Assembly: GCA_002633005.1 (NCBI GenBank)
Contig: NMRA01000331.1
Coordinates: 225,347-289,346, forward strand
Source: Phoronis australis
Taxonomy: Eukaryota > Animalia > Phoronida
DNA length: 64,000 nt
Reading direction: 5' to 3'
This document shows, in pieces, positions 39,722 through 53,029 of the stretch. The notes under the pieces were generated by a model, which had not been told where the DNA came from, searched no databases, and was given only the letters and a program-made list of their open reading frames with translations. A program made the translations under genes and the position numbers. Every line of letters starts with the position of its first letter. Positions within the stretch are counted from its first letter, which is position 1.

Positions 39722-40093
39722 TTAAAAATAACCTCTTGTTCTACTTCCAATTTAGAAATTACTAAACCAAAGAATGCACATAAAGAATAAAGATAACGAC
39801 CAATGAAGATCACATCGATTTTAATTTAATAAACAGTCTCTTTCTATAAAAGCTATTACTTTTCATAACTCATAATGATTAGACATCAATGCTCAGCTTA
39901 TTTTACAATAAAATATATTGTGTATGGTTACACAAGGGTGCCTACTGTCTATTGGTGGATGTAATTTTTACATAATTATGTAGGAAGAATCTTGGTACAC
40001 AGCACAACAACATGTTGGTAATCCCGTAAACATTTAGCAACTTCATTACAATTAATAAGAAAACCAAAACAACCTTCATCTAGCAGCACTTGC

Positions 40094-40182
40094 CTTAATT
40101 GTTTTGTTGAGTTGTGTTGGATACTTTTCATCTTCCTGCTCCCTCACTGCAGCCTTGCCTCTAAACACATCAATTGTGGTAC
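40094..40182 (-). CDS. SMU1: SMU1 exon (followed by a GC donor)
   Basis: (G)[29 protein letters not shown]; caag acceptor, AAG|GCAAGT donor, 89 nt. Confidence 0.93.
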
Positions 40183-40241
40183 CTTGGTGACAGCAAAATG
40201 AAATATGTATGACAACTGCATCACACACTTCAACTTAATTA

Positions 40242-40900
40242 TAACAAGAGCATCGCAAAATCTTGAAATGAACCCATGACATCACCAAGCAATGTACTTC
40301 TACATCTCTTTTTAAGTTTCATTCATATGTTCCAATTTAGCCACTATTCAAAGCTAATGCATTCAAGTCATACATTTCTTGTCAAGGTTCATCAGCAATG
40401 GGGCACAGATATAGTCAGACTCATCCAAAAAACATGTTAGCTGCACTCTCGTAAACCGGAACACATCTACCAAATTCCATGAGGATGCTTAAAACACCAT
40501 GATACATATTTAGGGAGGGGATAATAAAACTGTCACTAGGTCTCTCCAGTCTAGCTCTCGACAAAGTCTGCGAAAATCAGACACCAAACTTGGTAGACAT
40601 AAAAAAGGTACAATCAAAGAAATAATACAACTGGGCATAGCACTTCGTTCCAAAAATCAATTGTCAATGCTCTCCTCACTAGAAACATGTCAAGTTTCAT
40701 TACGGTTCTTCACCAAACTTGGTAAGTATTGCCACTAAGAGAAACAATGGCGTTTGTCCATAAACCAACGGAAGCCATACTCTTGTCAATAAAAATTAAA
40801 AACACTTAAATTTCATGACACCAATGACAGGACAAAAAAATACTTTAACTCCCAAAGAGAGATGGCAGATATAGACAACACACACACAAAATATCATTAA
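40242..40900 (-). mobile_element. Highly diverged HINE-like copy
   Basis: aacaagagcatcgc...gaaatgaaccca end and degenerate caaatttcat/gccactaag subunits. Confidence 0.4.
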
Positions 40901-42001
40901 TGTCCATAGTAGTCCAATCCCTTCAAAATGTTGGAGCAGTGACTGTTTTAACTCAGGCTGTAAGAGTTTGGGGAATGTGCGATGTCAGGTGTAAACCATT
41001 GGCTGGCTTAGTGCCCTCAGCACCAAAGCAGAGCCTGATTATACCAACATCAAGCCCACTTCAGTACATCTGAGGTAGTTAACAATGTATCTATAACTTT
41101 TCATTACACTACAAGAGTGTAAACTATGACTAATTAAATCTCACGAAATTCTTTACATAACAAAATTTCATGGAGTCAACTAGCTTGCTTAAAAAAATGA
41201 CTAATCTACTTTGTTATTCTAACCTTAAAATTTAGCATTTATACCTGTAAAGAAACAATTTGATATGCTATAATAAAGACAGTTTTGATTTTGACGGACA
41301 TCTGGTGAAAAGTTAGAACTTAATAGCTTATTCAACTTGACAATGTGTGTCACTACAGGAGATGATGGCAATATGAACTCATTATAAAACAGTGCAAGAA
41401 ACTTAAGTCAAGGGTAAATTACATGTGAAATTAGCAATGGAATGCTATCTTGATTTTGTTCTATGACTCATGAAGAAAGACACCTAATCAAAAAAAGCTT
41501 CAGTTCGGATAGAGACTTAGCCAATAATAAATTTAACAGTTGACAGGCAAACCATAATTATTCCTTTAGTTGTTCTCAAACAGTAACACCAGTAAATTTG
41601 GTTCCAACAGTATGTTAAGAACATTGCTCTGTGCCTACTAGTGTCATTAATTGTTAAATGTAACGAACTTTTAGGCGTGTTGGGTTGCTTTTGCCTACGT
41701 CAGAGCGAGAATCGCCTCTTAATTCAAACAGCTGCGGATAACACCCGCACGCAATGGTGTTTTATTCAGACCCCTATTCAATACAACTTTTATCGGCCTT
41801 TTGTTGTTTTGCCTTGGATCTCAGGATGACGCAATATGGCAAGAAAAGGCAGCTTCACCTATCATTCAACAGGCCTACATTTGCATGATTGAATTCACGT
41901 TTTCTTATATTGCCAAAGCTTTGCTAGGACTACCTGGTTAGCCCAATGCATGTGAAATAAATTTCCGTTGAAGTTAGGCTTAAGACCAATTGTTAACATA
42001 C

Positions 42002-42152
42002 CAGGTGGTAAGAGACCCTGATGCTGCTGCCACTTCAGAGCTTGGCCCAGAAGAGCTAGTAGACGAGACGGGGGCACGACGTTCACCTCTCCTGACAGGG
42101 CCTGGGCAATGGCTCCCCGCCGTCGCTCTTTGGTCTGACCCTCAGGGTAAGC
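42002..42152 (-). CDS. SMU1: SMU1 exon
   Basis: [50 protein letters not shown](G); phase 0 to 1, 151 nt. Confidence 0.95.
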
Positions 42153-42708
42153 CTAAATGAAAAATCATGCACTTCTAAATGATACTCATAGGTTTTGGCT
42201 CAAGGGACATTTCTAAATAATCCACAAGTAACACATTTATTTCATCAACCATATTCATTGCAGGAACAATGTTGATCAAAACTTAAAATATTCCGAGATG
42301 TCCCAAGATTGTGTCGGGTGCTAGAGAGTAAAACACACCAGACCTTGAGGGATGCACTACGGTAATTATTGAGAGAAAAAGTTAACTCTACTTTCATGAT
42401 CTTGTTCCCAGGGGCATTAGTGGTTATGTTAATATATTTTGCATTGACATTTTTCAATTTTTCAAAGGTAAGTTACTACAAGTAATGGAGACAGTTGTTT
42501 TATGACATCCACATTACATGAACAAAGCCAGTAACAGAACAAAAATTCACATATCTTCATCTAAGCTGCAAAATTATACAAATTATAAAATTCCACCTTA
42601 TTCACAAAAAATTGTGTCAAGAATTGTAATATTAGGTGAAGAATTCACTGTAACAATGAAAAATAGACTGACATTCCATTTCATGCGATATTTGAAAATT
42701 GCATTTAA

Positions 42709-45700
42709 AACAAGAGCAACACGGAGCGTTGAAATGCGCCCACGACAGCACTTCAAATGGTGTGCTTCTAGGGTATTTGTATTATAAAAGTGGTCACTAG
42801 TTGGTGTTAAATATGCAAAATCCATCCAAAACCAGGACATATCACCGTTTCTTAATTGAAAGCTATTTACCATATAAATCCATCAAGGAACTTCGGAGAA
42901 ACAGGGAAAAACCAAAAAACTGAAATTGCCACTAGGAGCACAGCATTCGTAGGATCCGTTGTCATTTGTTTTCAACTTCATATAAATACAGTCTAGCTCA
43001 TGATCCTGCAGTGGGTTTAGGAGGCATCACAGTAATCAAAGCCATCTGAAAATTATCGTCAACTGTCCTCTTCACACTAAGAACATGGTATGTGCAAGTT
43101 TTCACAATCATCCATAACACTGGTTTGGTTAATACAGGAGCGGACACCAAACACAGACTAGAAAACAGTAAAGATGGCCACTAGATGGCGCAAAATACGT
43201 TGAATGCATCTGAAAACGGGAACAGGTCATTGCATCCTGAACAGAAAGCTATTTCCAAAATTTCACAACAAGAGCAACATGGGAGAGTCGAAATGCACCC
43301 ACAAATGCACCGCAAACAGTGTGCTTCTAGAGGAGTTTATTTGGAACATAAACTTGGCCACTAGATGGCACAAAATATGTTGAATCGATCCGTAAATTGG
43401 TATGTGTCGTCAAAACTGTTTACCAAATTTCATAAAAATCCGTCAAGGAACTTCTGAGAAACCGAGGAAAACGAAAAAATGAAATTGCCACTAAGAGGCT
43501 ATAGGTGCAAAAAATAACTGCCACTAAGAGGTGCCGCAGTAGATAAAGTGGTTGGAAAATCATCGTCATACTTCCTCTTCACATTAGCAACATGCATGCC
43601 ATTTCCACAACCATCCTCAGAGTGGTTTGGTTGACAAAGGGACAGACGCTAAATAACAAGACTCGAAAACAGTAACAAGAGCAACATTAAGCATTGAAAT
43701 GCGCCCACGAATGCATTGCAAATGGTGTGGCTTTAGGGTTATTTATTTGTATCATAAAAATGGCCACTAGATGGCGCAAAAATGTACAATCCATCCAAAA
43801 ACAGAAACATGCCATATTTCATAAAAATCTGTCAAGGAACTTCAGAGAAACAAAGGAAAACAGAACAAAATGAAACTGCCACTTGTGGGCACAGCGACCG
43901 TTCCATCCGCCTGAAAGTCGTCGTCTGTTATCTTCATATAAATTCACTTACTAAATTTAATAAAGATCCTGCAGTGGCTTTTGGAGAAACAGCTATGGGC
44001 ACAAAACAAAACAAAACTACCACTAGGAGGCGAAACAGAAGTCTGTCGCCATCATTAAACGTCCTCTTCACACTGAAAAAAATACGCCAATTTTCAAAAC
44101 CATCCTTAGAATGATTTGGTTGATCGAGGGGTGGACGCCAAAAACAAGATTTGAAAACAGCAAAAAATGACCACCAGGCAGGCCTTTATGCAGTGTTCGT
44201 CCTGGGCATCCAAATGGTTGCCCTAGCACTAATATGGACGCCCTGGCAAGGATGCCCAATGTATCATTTGGACGCCCACTGTCAATAGGAACCTTTCAAG
44301 TTTGGACACACACATAGTAATGATTACTAGGAAGCCTATGAAGACTCACAGTGGTGGCTCTTTTTTCAAAGCAGGAAGACATACCGTCGCCGTAATAACC
44401 GCCCATGCCCCTATAAGCACCCCCCACGCGTTTTCAGACTTTGCTAAAATAAGTGCCCAGTCCATGAACGTGTACGTGCAAAAAATGCCTTACAAAACTG
44501 CCACAAAAGGTGCCACAGTAGTTGAACATGTCGGAAAATCGTCGTCAGCCATCCACTTCAGAGTAAAAACATACATGCAAATTTTCACAATTATTCTGAA
44601 AGAGATTTGGTTGATAGACGAGTAGACGCCAAAAGGAGACACAAAAACAGTAAAAATGGCCACTAGGTGGCGCAAACTAGGTCGAATCTATCTGAAAACG
44701 AATAGGTAGTGTCACCTCATCAACAGATGCCTGTATGCCAAATTTTATGAAAATACATTGAGGTCCTTTGAACATGCAGAGGTAAACCTAAAAAAAAATA
44801 AAATTGCCACTAGGTGGCACAGCAGTAGTCAGATCCGTCTGAAAGTCGTAGTCTTCCGTTGTAAACATCATATAAATACACTTACTAAATTTAGTAAAGA
44901 TCCTACGAACAGTTAAGGTGATACAGCCATAAGCGCAAAAAAAAACAAAACTGCCACTAGGAGGTGCCACAGTAGTCGAAGTCGTAGGAAAATCATCGTC
45001 AGCCGTCCACTTCAAAGTAAGAACATACATGCCAATTTTCACAACCATCCTTTGAGTGGTTGATAGAAGGGTGGACGCAAAAAAACTCGAAAACAGTAAA
45101 AATGGTCACTAGGTGGCACAAACTCCATCAAATCCATTTGAAAACGGGAGGATAGCGTCATCTCACTAGTAGGTGCCTATATACTAAATTTCATGAAAAT
45201 CCGTTCACGAATTTTGAAGATAGAGGTAAACGTAAAAAACTAAAATTGCCACTAGGGGGCACACCGGTAGTGGGAGAGGTCCCAAATTCGTCATCGTCTG
45301 TCATCAAAAACTGTAAAAATGGCCACTGTGTGACGCAAAATACCTTGAATCTGTCCGAAAACAGAGAGATAGCATCTTCTCACTAATTGATGTCTATGTT
45401 CCAAATTTCATGAAAATGCATTGAGGACCTTTGAAGATAGAGGTATTAACTTAAAAAACAAAATTGCCACTAGGGGGCACATCATTAATTGGATCCGGCC
45501 TTCTCATCAGGAACACATCTGTATATTTCATAATTATCATTTGAGTGGTATGGCAAAGAGGCAGATGCCAGGAAACGGACGCAGAAATGGCTACAAGTTG
45601 GTGTAAAATCTGTCTAATCCATCCGAAAATGGAATGGCATCATCGCCTCCTTATTAAAAGCCTATATGCCAAATTTCATGAATAACCATCAAGGAACTCC

Positions 45701-45937
45701 AAAGAAACAGAGGCAAAATATTAAAGTAAAAAAACTAAAATTGCCACTAGTGGCATAGCGGTATTCGGATTGACCCCAAATTCGTCGTCATCTGTCATCT
45801 GCATTGGAACACACTAAACAAATTTCAATACGATCCTGCAAAGGATTTAGGAGATACAGCAGCGGACACCAGACCCCAAGGCAGAGATGACGACAATATC
45901 CACCCACATATTACATAAATATGTGGGCATATAAAAA
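42709..45937 (-). mobile_element. Nested cluster of DINE-1/HINE-like elements in a SMU1 intron
   Basis: Three AACAAGAGCAAC...ATGC(G/A)CCCAC ends (~42709, ~43267, ~43674), many subunits, one terminal palindrome at ~45900-45937. Confidence 0.75.
44179..44350. mobile_element. Truncated copy of the same hAT MITE inserted in the HINE array
   Basis: ~170 bp closely matching 55008-55179, starting CAGGCCTTTATGCAG. Confidence 0.75.
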
Positions 45938-46316
45938 CCACAAAGGTTGACAGTAACCTTAGGCCATTACGAAAATAATCAAGAAACAAGGTATTCTTCA
46001 CCAAATGTAAACTTGACTAATTAATTAGGATACTGGAGTAGTTGAATCAACCCAAAATCGACTGGTGTCAGGTTGCAACCAACAAAAGTGTAACAGACAT
46101 TTTTATTAAAATCTCTCATGTGGTTTGAAAGATAAACAGCAAATGAGCAAGATGAAGGCCAGATGGAGGTTGACCAAATGTGATGCGCAATGCACGTGCC
46201 AACAAAATATTGTGGGGCATTGTAACATTACCCTATTAACAGATCAACACATATCAAAACACAATAGCAATACTGGACCTCTCTTTGTGAAGACATGAGT
46301 TATCAACTGGACGTAC

Positions 46317-46469
46317 CTCCCTGGCATCAAAGTAAGATCTGGCTAACATGTTCTCTAAGTGAACATATCGGTCAGCCTGGTTCTGTTTCATCATTATCAT
46401 TGGGTCAGTCTGACGGAGCAGAGATCTGGCTGCACCAAGCTCTCGCAGCTCAATCAACTCGAGGACAAT
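46317..46469 (-). CDS. SMU1: SMU1 exon
   Basis: [51 protein letters not shown]; AG/GT bounded, 153 nt. Confidence 0.95.
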
Positions 46470-46864
46470 CTGCAATAAAAATGAAGGCATACTCATAGCT
46501 ATGCATTTACTTTACCCTCACGATAGACAACAGAAACAATGAATGATGAAAACAATGAGAGCTTACCAGATGAAAATAAGCATATGCAAAAATACATGCT
46601 ATAATTTGGTCTCACTGACATATTCAACAAAAGGTGGCGGCATTCTTCAACATATGGTTTGAATAGTGACCCAGGTTTTTTAACAGTACTTTTTAAGACT
46701 TGCTGTTGTGTGTCTGACCCAGGGTCAAGTCTTATTCCTGTTTACTGTTGCAGTCAGTCTTAATGATATCATTTAGCAAGGCAACAGTTTTCATATAAGT
46801 TATACCAGCTTTCATTTTTTTATTTCACTTATTGAACAACGATATCATTGTCAGCAGATATCTA

Positions 46865-47302
46865 TGACCGGTTGCATGCAACAGTCCCAAATAAGGACTC
46901 AACTAAGTTCCCTAAATTTTTTTCGTATTTGTTTCGTTCTTTAGGCACAGGTGTAACATTTTTCTATAATTTTATCTTTATCATCAGTTCTTCTTTGACT
47001 AATAACATTTTCTAATCATATAACTAAAAACCCGACCCCTTAATTCAATCAAAATAATTAGGGACTTAGTCCTTAAATTGGGGGCGTTGCATGAAAAGAT
47101 TCCTACTTATTTTCAATGATATTGAGTCAGAATTCAATGTAGACTTCACTCTCGATTTGTATCAAAGCCAAACACTGGCGTAGTAATGATACTCAAACAG
47201 CATAAGATAGAGCAATCAGTGTTTTCACAATCCTGCAAATAAGAAGAAGATTTAGGGAACTTAGCCGAGTCCTTATTTGGGACTGTTTCATGCAACCGGT
47301 CA
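46865..47302. mobile_element. MITE with ~36-bp TIRs
   Basis: tgaccggttgcatgcaacagtcccaaataaggactc / gagtccttatttgggactgtttcatgcaaccggtca. Confidence 0.75.
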
Positions 47303-47576
47303 CTGGAGCCTACATGAAGAAATGTCCGTTTCATAATGCACTTGACAATGTATTTATCTGTGCTTTGAAACTTTGCTAACCCAAACGGTCACAAAACCGG
47401 CTTTCATGAGAAATTCACTGTCAGACCGACAGATTTTTTCAAGCAGTGCACCCCAGGAATGACTTAAAACACTGAATAGCCAGCAATGGCATGAAAAGGT
47501 TGACGTATTGACAGAACCTTGTACTCATTTATCTCCCAGGGTGACATCGAGGTATTGATGGTTGTTATTTCTTTAC

Positions 47577-47720
47577 CTGTTCGTATAAGTCAATAAGTTT
47601 ACTGTCTGGCAACTTGAGAGACTGTATAGCTTGTAGTACTGTGTCCCAGTGACCATTGTTGATGTCTGACATGAAACTATCTACCGAGTCGACTGTGTTG
47701 AGGGATATTCCACTCTCTTC
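47577..47720 (-). CDS. SMU1: WD40 repeat protein SMU1, first visible exon (from ~aa 32; LisH/CTLH region)
   Basis: [48 protein letters not shown] matches SMU1; ttgcag acceptor, CAG|GTAAAG donor, 144 nt. Confidence 0.95.
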
Positions 47721-48720
47721 CTGCAAATAAGATTGACAACAACGGTGTGACAAAATTTCAAGTGACTATTCAAAATGAAAAAGAATTCAAGAAAATGAAA
47801 GTTAAAAAGCACATGCAAATAAAAGCATGGAGAGCCCTATGAAGAGATCTACTTGCGTACCAAATTTCAGAATTCCTCAAAGAACCACGAAACTAGACCT
47901 CTACAAAGATAAAATTCAAAAACTGGCTGTCACAGTACCATCTCAGTCTCAAGCTTTTCATGGCATTGTTCTAAAACCCCTTCGACCTCCACAACCCACA
48001 ACTCCCTCAACCCACAAACCCCCAGACCCACGACAATAGAGGTGTCTGCTCTATTTACACATTTTGTAATCTGACAAGGTTGCCGAGTGACTTTCCCCTT
48101 ACACTAACTACATGAATCTGCTCTGGCTCAAGACTAGCGGTTAAAAACTGATAGTGGTTTAAGAACATGATCTGAAATGGCGGATTGTGAGTGCTTTATC
48201 ATTGTCATGGAAAGAGTTCCAGGAGCGACTACTAATGACCTTGTTCTACTAAACTTAGGGAGAGAGCACGTTAACGTGTATACACATAATTTCACATTTT
48301 TATTATTTGCTTTGTGTCATATACTCGTTTACAATATACTCCATATAATTTTAAGATATTTTTTAGTTAACAGAAAGAATAACATATTCATGGGTTCCTC
48401 GCACTCTCCCAAAAATAGCTTGAATCTGCCATTCACTGAAGAGCAGATGAGATGACTACACTCTGCCGGGAATGACATTTGTAACGTTGGTCTTTGATTT
48501 GATTTTGACACCTACAATGAATGTCTCACGAAGACAGGTGAAGGAGCTGACCAGACACAGCTAGGAAGACAAAGCAATCAGTTCATATTGGTCAGGATCA
48601 GGATGTTGGAGAAGTAGGGTATGTTAACTTGTTGACATGTTCATGGTGCCATCGTGAAACTGGAATCAACGGAACACCAGTAGAATCGCTTTATACGCAC
48701 CTACTTTAATGTACATGCAT

Positions 48721-49541
48721 TGTTGATGCCGTGCATCATTTTTTGTCATTGGTTGTTGTATTTCATTTACTTGTTACGCTGTTTATTTTCTTTCTAGGTA
48801 GCAGTACACCTTTCGCCGCTGTGATTTGGTTTCTTTTAGCAAGCCGGTTCTTTCCAGTGGTTACAATAGCATTTGCATAGTCGAATAGTAGCTTGACCGG
48901 CCGGCCATTGTTACGTATTAGCCTCTGTATGTTACGCGGGTTTTGGTGACTAGCGTTTCATGAGTTTACCGGCATTCGTTGACAAGATCTGTAACACGAA
49001 TCATGTGTTTTCCTCGGTTGCTGGAACTTTTATATTAAGCACAGACTGTTAGCCAAACTGTTGTAAGTACTGAGTATTATGGCATAGCATGTTGTACTCG
49101 TGTGTATCTACTAGCTGAGTTTAGAGCGTACATAATTGTTGTTGTTTAACGTATAGTTTCCTTCAGCTGCTTGTTTGGCGTATATGTTGCGCGGTACCCG
49201 GTTCATAGAATAAATAGTTACGGGTCGCAGTTAGGCAGTTGGTTGTGTACGGTAATGGTTCCCAGTTGTAGAATAGATAGTACGGGTTCCAGTTAATTAT
49301 GTATTGTTAGCGAGGTAGTATTTGCCTGTCATAGAGTCATTGGCGCGAGTCTTTCTAACGCTCTGATATAGTGCTTGTTAATTTACGCTTGCTTGCCGAA
49401 TACTCAGACTGTGTGTGTTTTTCTTTATTGCAGATAACCACGCTTTTCCAGTTTCTACTTTTCATCGCTTGCAACTAAATAATAAAGTGCGTTATGCAAA
49501 CGGCTTCTTTTAATTTATCCCTGTAGCCAGACGCGGCTACA
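48721..49541 (+). mobile_element. Solo LTR of an LTR retrotransposon
   Basis: TGT...ACA termini, exact 5-bp TSD TGCAT (48716-20, 49542-46), AATAAA near the 3' end (~49481), no internal gag/pol. Confidence 0.75.
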
Positions 49542-51034
49542 TGCATTAATTTACAGTGGTTGTATTCATGTTGTTACATCAACAACATAACGGCGACTCG
49601 ATATTCACTAGGTGGTGCTAATGACTCAGGGCGAAGGAAGGGTAGGAAGGGGGTCACTATTGAACCTGAAAGTAATGAGCAACCCTTAGAGTTAGATGTT
49701 GTATTTCAAAAGTCAATGAAAAGCACACTTATTGGATGTGGGATTGCGGAACTAACTGTGGCACTTTCAGTTTCAGGTGCAGAGAACTTGTTAAGACTTG
49801 ATGTTGCGCAAACATGGGAAAAAACATTGCTGAATAGTTGGACCGCTTAAAAAACAAAGAAGACATGAACACATGGAAGGTGAATACAAACAATGTTACC
49901 AGTGACTGCAGGGGGTACAAGTCCAAATTAACGTGCAAACTCAGTCTGGCAGTCACTCAAAAATGTGATATGTTAGAGCGCCACTTGACGTGCTCCTTTC
50001 TCAGAAGAACCCAGGGACTGGAAATAAAGGTGGCAGACCAAAGTTTCATGGAAGCTGCCATCCCCAAAATGAAGGTCCTGGGTACAAAGAGAAGATTATT
50101 TTGATTAATTCACTAAGTGTTAAGATAACAATATTTGTGATCATGAGGAAAAAAGATGAGGAAGGATCGTCATAAATGTTGGCACTGTAACTGGGCCTTT
50201 GAAAAGGTTGTTCCACCATCTCCTCACAGCCTGGTGATAGTTCATAAAGGAGCATTGGAATATTCAGATAAACATGACTCCACTGTCAAACATGACTGAT
50301 TACTATTATCATGTGAAACGCTCCTGCATTCGTGGCAGGTACCCCTACTGCTTGTGGTAACTGAGGGCTTGGCCCACACCGTACACTCCTTGCCCACACT
50401 GTGTGCCAAAGGGACCTGCTTCTTAAGGAGTCACATTTCTCTGTGTGTAAGTCAGAATCAGTAGAGATAATAATTAGGCTTCTCCCTGATTATGAAACAA
50501 ATCCTGACACTAATAATCTTGTTTTCACTCATAATTTTGAAACAGTTTCATTTTATGTACTTTAATGATTATTGTTTTTTGTCCCCGCCACATATTACCT
50601 CAAAGTGGAGGACAAAGTATTCATAACAGTGCTGTAGTGGTAAATTAGAGGTACGTAGGCGCCCAATGCCCACCGTATGACCTTGAGCGCTGAATTTTAA
50701 AAGTGCATTGAATTCGCAAAACCTGACTCACAAACAGGAATGTCGCAGAAAGGGGCCCAACCACACATATAGGAAGGCAAAGGTCCACGCGCATTCCCAG
50801 CGGTCTCTGAAGGGGGGGGGGGCAAACACAATTTTAAAGAAAAATAGGAGCATAACGCCCAGAAATGATATGCTGGCGGCTTTTTTTAGTCGCCCGTGGG
50901 GTGCGTCCTCAGGACCCTTCAGTCACTCTTTATCCGCCTATGGTATGACACCATAACTGTTACTTTATCTCGAAATATTAATCTAATATCAGGAAGAGAT
51001 AACCAGGAAGGGACAACTGTTTTAGTGCATTTTN

Positions 51035-51110
51035 TCTACTTTTCATCGCTTGCAACTAAATAATAAAGTGTGTTATGCAAACGGCTTCTTTTAATTTATC
51101 CCTGTAGCCA
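51035..51110 (+). repeat. Second copy of the 3' ~75 bp of the same LTR, next to an assembly N
   Basis: Nearly identical to ~49454-49529. Confidence 0.8.
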
Positions 51111-52020
51111 TCCATTTCATAGTAAAAACATACATGCCAATTTTCACAATTATCCTGAAAGTGGTTTGGTTAATACAGGGGTGAATGCCAATAAACAGAC
51201 TAATAAACAGTGAACATGGCCACTAGGTGGCGCAAACTAAGTCGAATCCATCTAAAAACGGAAAGATAGCGTCACCTCACTAACAGAAACCTGTACACTA
51301 AATTTTATGACAATACCTTGAGGACCTTTGAAGATACAGAGATAAACGTAAACAAAATAAAATTGCCACTAGGTAGCACACTTGTAGTCAGATCTGTCCA
51401 AAAGTAGTCGTCGTCCATTGTCATGATCATGTAAATGCATTTACTAAATTTAGTAAAGATCCTGCAAACGGTTAAGGAGATATAGCCATAGTCGCAAAAA
51501 AAAACTGCCACAAGGACGTGCCACAGTAGTTGAAGTCATCGGAAAATCATTGTCAACCGTCCTCTTCATAGTAAGAACATACCGGTACATGCCAATTTTC
51601 ACAATCATGCTTAAAGCGGTTTGGTTGATAGAAGGGTGGACGCAAAAAAACAGACTCGAAAATAGTAAAAATGGCCACTAGGTGGCGCAAACTACATAGA
51701 ATCCATCCGAAAACGGGAGGATGTCATCATCTCACTGATAGATGCCCACTTACCTAATTTTGTGAAAATATGTTGAGGACCTTTGAAGATACAGAGGTAA
51801 ACATAAAAAACTAAAATTGCCACTAGGGGGCACACCGGTACTCGGATCCATCCGAAAGTTTGCTCATGCCGTCCCATCTATGAAAGGAAAGCATGTGCAA
51901 AATTTCATGAACATATGTCAATCGGTTTTGGAGATAGAGCAACTAGCGGACGCCGGCCGGACAGACGGACAGAGATGACGGCATAATGCGTCCTTATATA
52001 AATATGTGGGCGCATAAAAA
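51110..52020 (-). mobile_element. DINE-1/HINE-like element (one end missing near N at 51034)
   Basis: Same subunits; ends ggacagacggacag...atatgtgggcgcataaaaa like the copy ending at 32066. Confidence 0.75.
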
Positions 52021-53029
52021 CTGGGACAATACGCAAAGTGCGGGGCAATTGGAAAATACACTGTATGCTATCAGCAACAACAAGTACTGGATTGGGTTCT
52101 TTTATAAGGTAAAGGTCTCATTTTTTAAAATTGTATTTCACGGGGCCGGTATAGTTAAGTACTACAGATAACAGCAGTTATAGGTAAATACTACAGAATA
52201 ACAGTAACTTAAACACACCTGTTTTTAGGGCTTTAGGACAAATATAATTTCTTTCGGTAAAACACTGTAACAACCAAAAATGTCTCGTTGAAAAACTCCT
52301 GGTATGCAAAAAGGGACATTTTAAGAACAGTTTTGCAAACTTGCAGCAACTGTATTCACCTTTCTTACAGTGGTACCATGGCAGTTGATCATCCACCGGA
52401 TTCTCAAGGTTCCCACAAGGAGGTCGACACGCACCTTGGCTTCCACTTCGCCAACTCAAATGGCAATGCATTGATCAGGGTCTCAGACTGGATGTTAATG
52501 TAATTGTTAGGTGGCTGTTTGAAAGCGTTGTGATGACTATTTCTCGTATATAATTATCAATGAAAGATTTTCAAAAACATGTTGGTTGCTTTTCTTTAAA
52601 AACATTGTTTAGTAGTCAATGTAATGAAAGTAGTCTTTGGAAATCATTTTCATGGTTCCTTGATCTAATGCAAATTTAGGGGCCATGCATTGTTGCTGAG
52701 GTATTTTTTGCTGGCAGTTCTGACAGCTCATTATACTACACTAGCTGCAGTCTTAATCATCACTTAAAGGGTTGTTTTTTGACAGTTCCTGGTATTCTAA
52801 AATTTTAGACAAGTGTTATCAGGTACTTTCCAAAATGCTTACTTTCTGCCATCATCCTTTTGGCACTTAATGATATTAATGTTATTAATTTTAAGTCAGG
52901 AGAGAGTTCAGCAGACACGAAAGTACCGTATTACGGAAACACAAGAATTCGCCATGAACTTCAAACAAACCACGTCATCACACCTTTTTTTATCGAAATT
53001 CCAGATTCTATGACACTTAACCAAGATTT

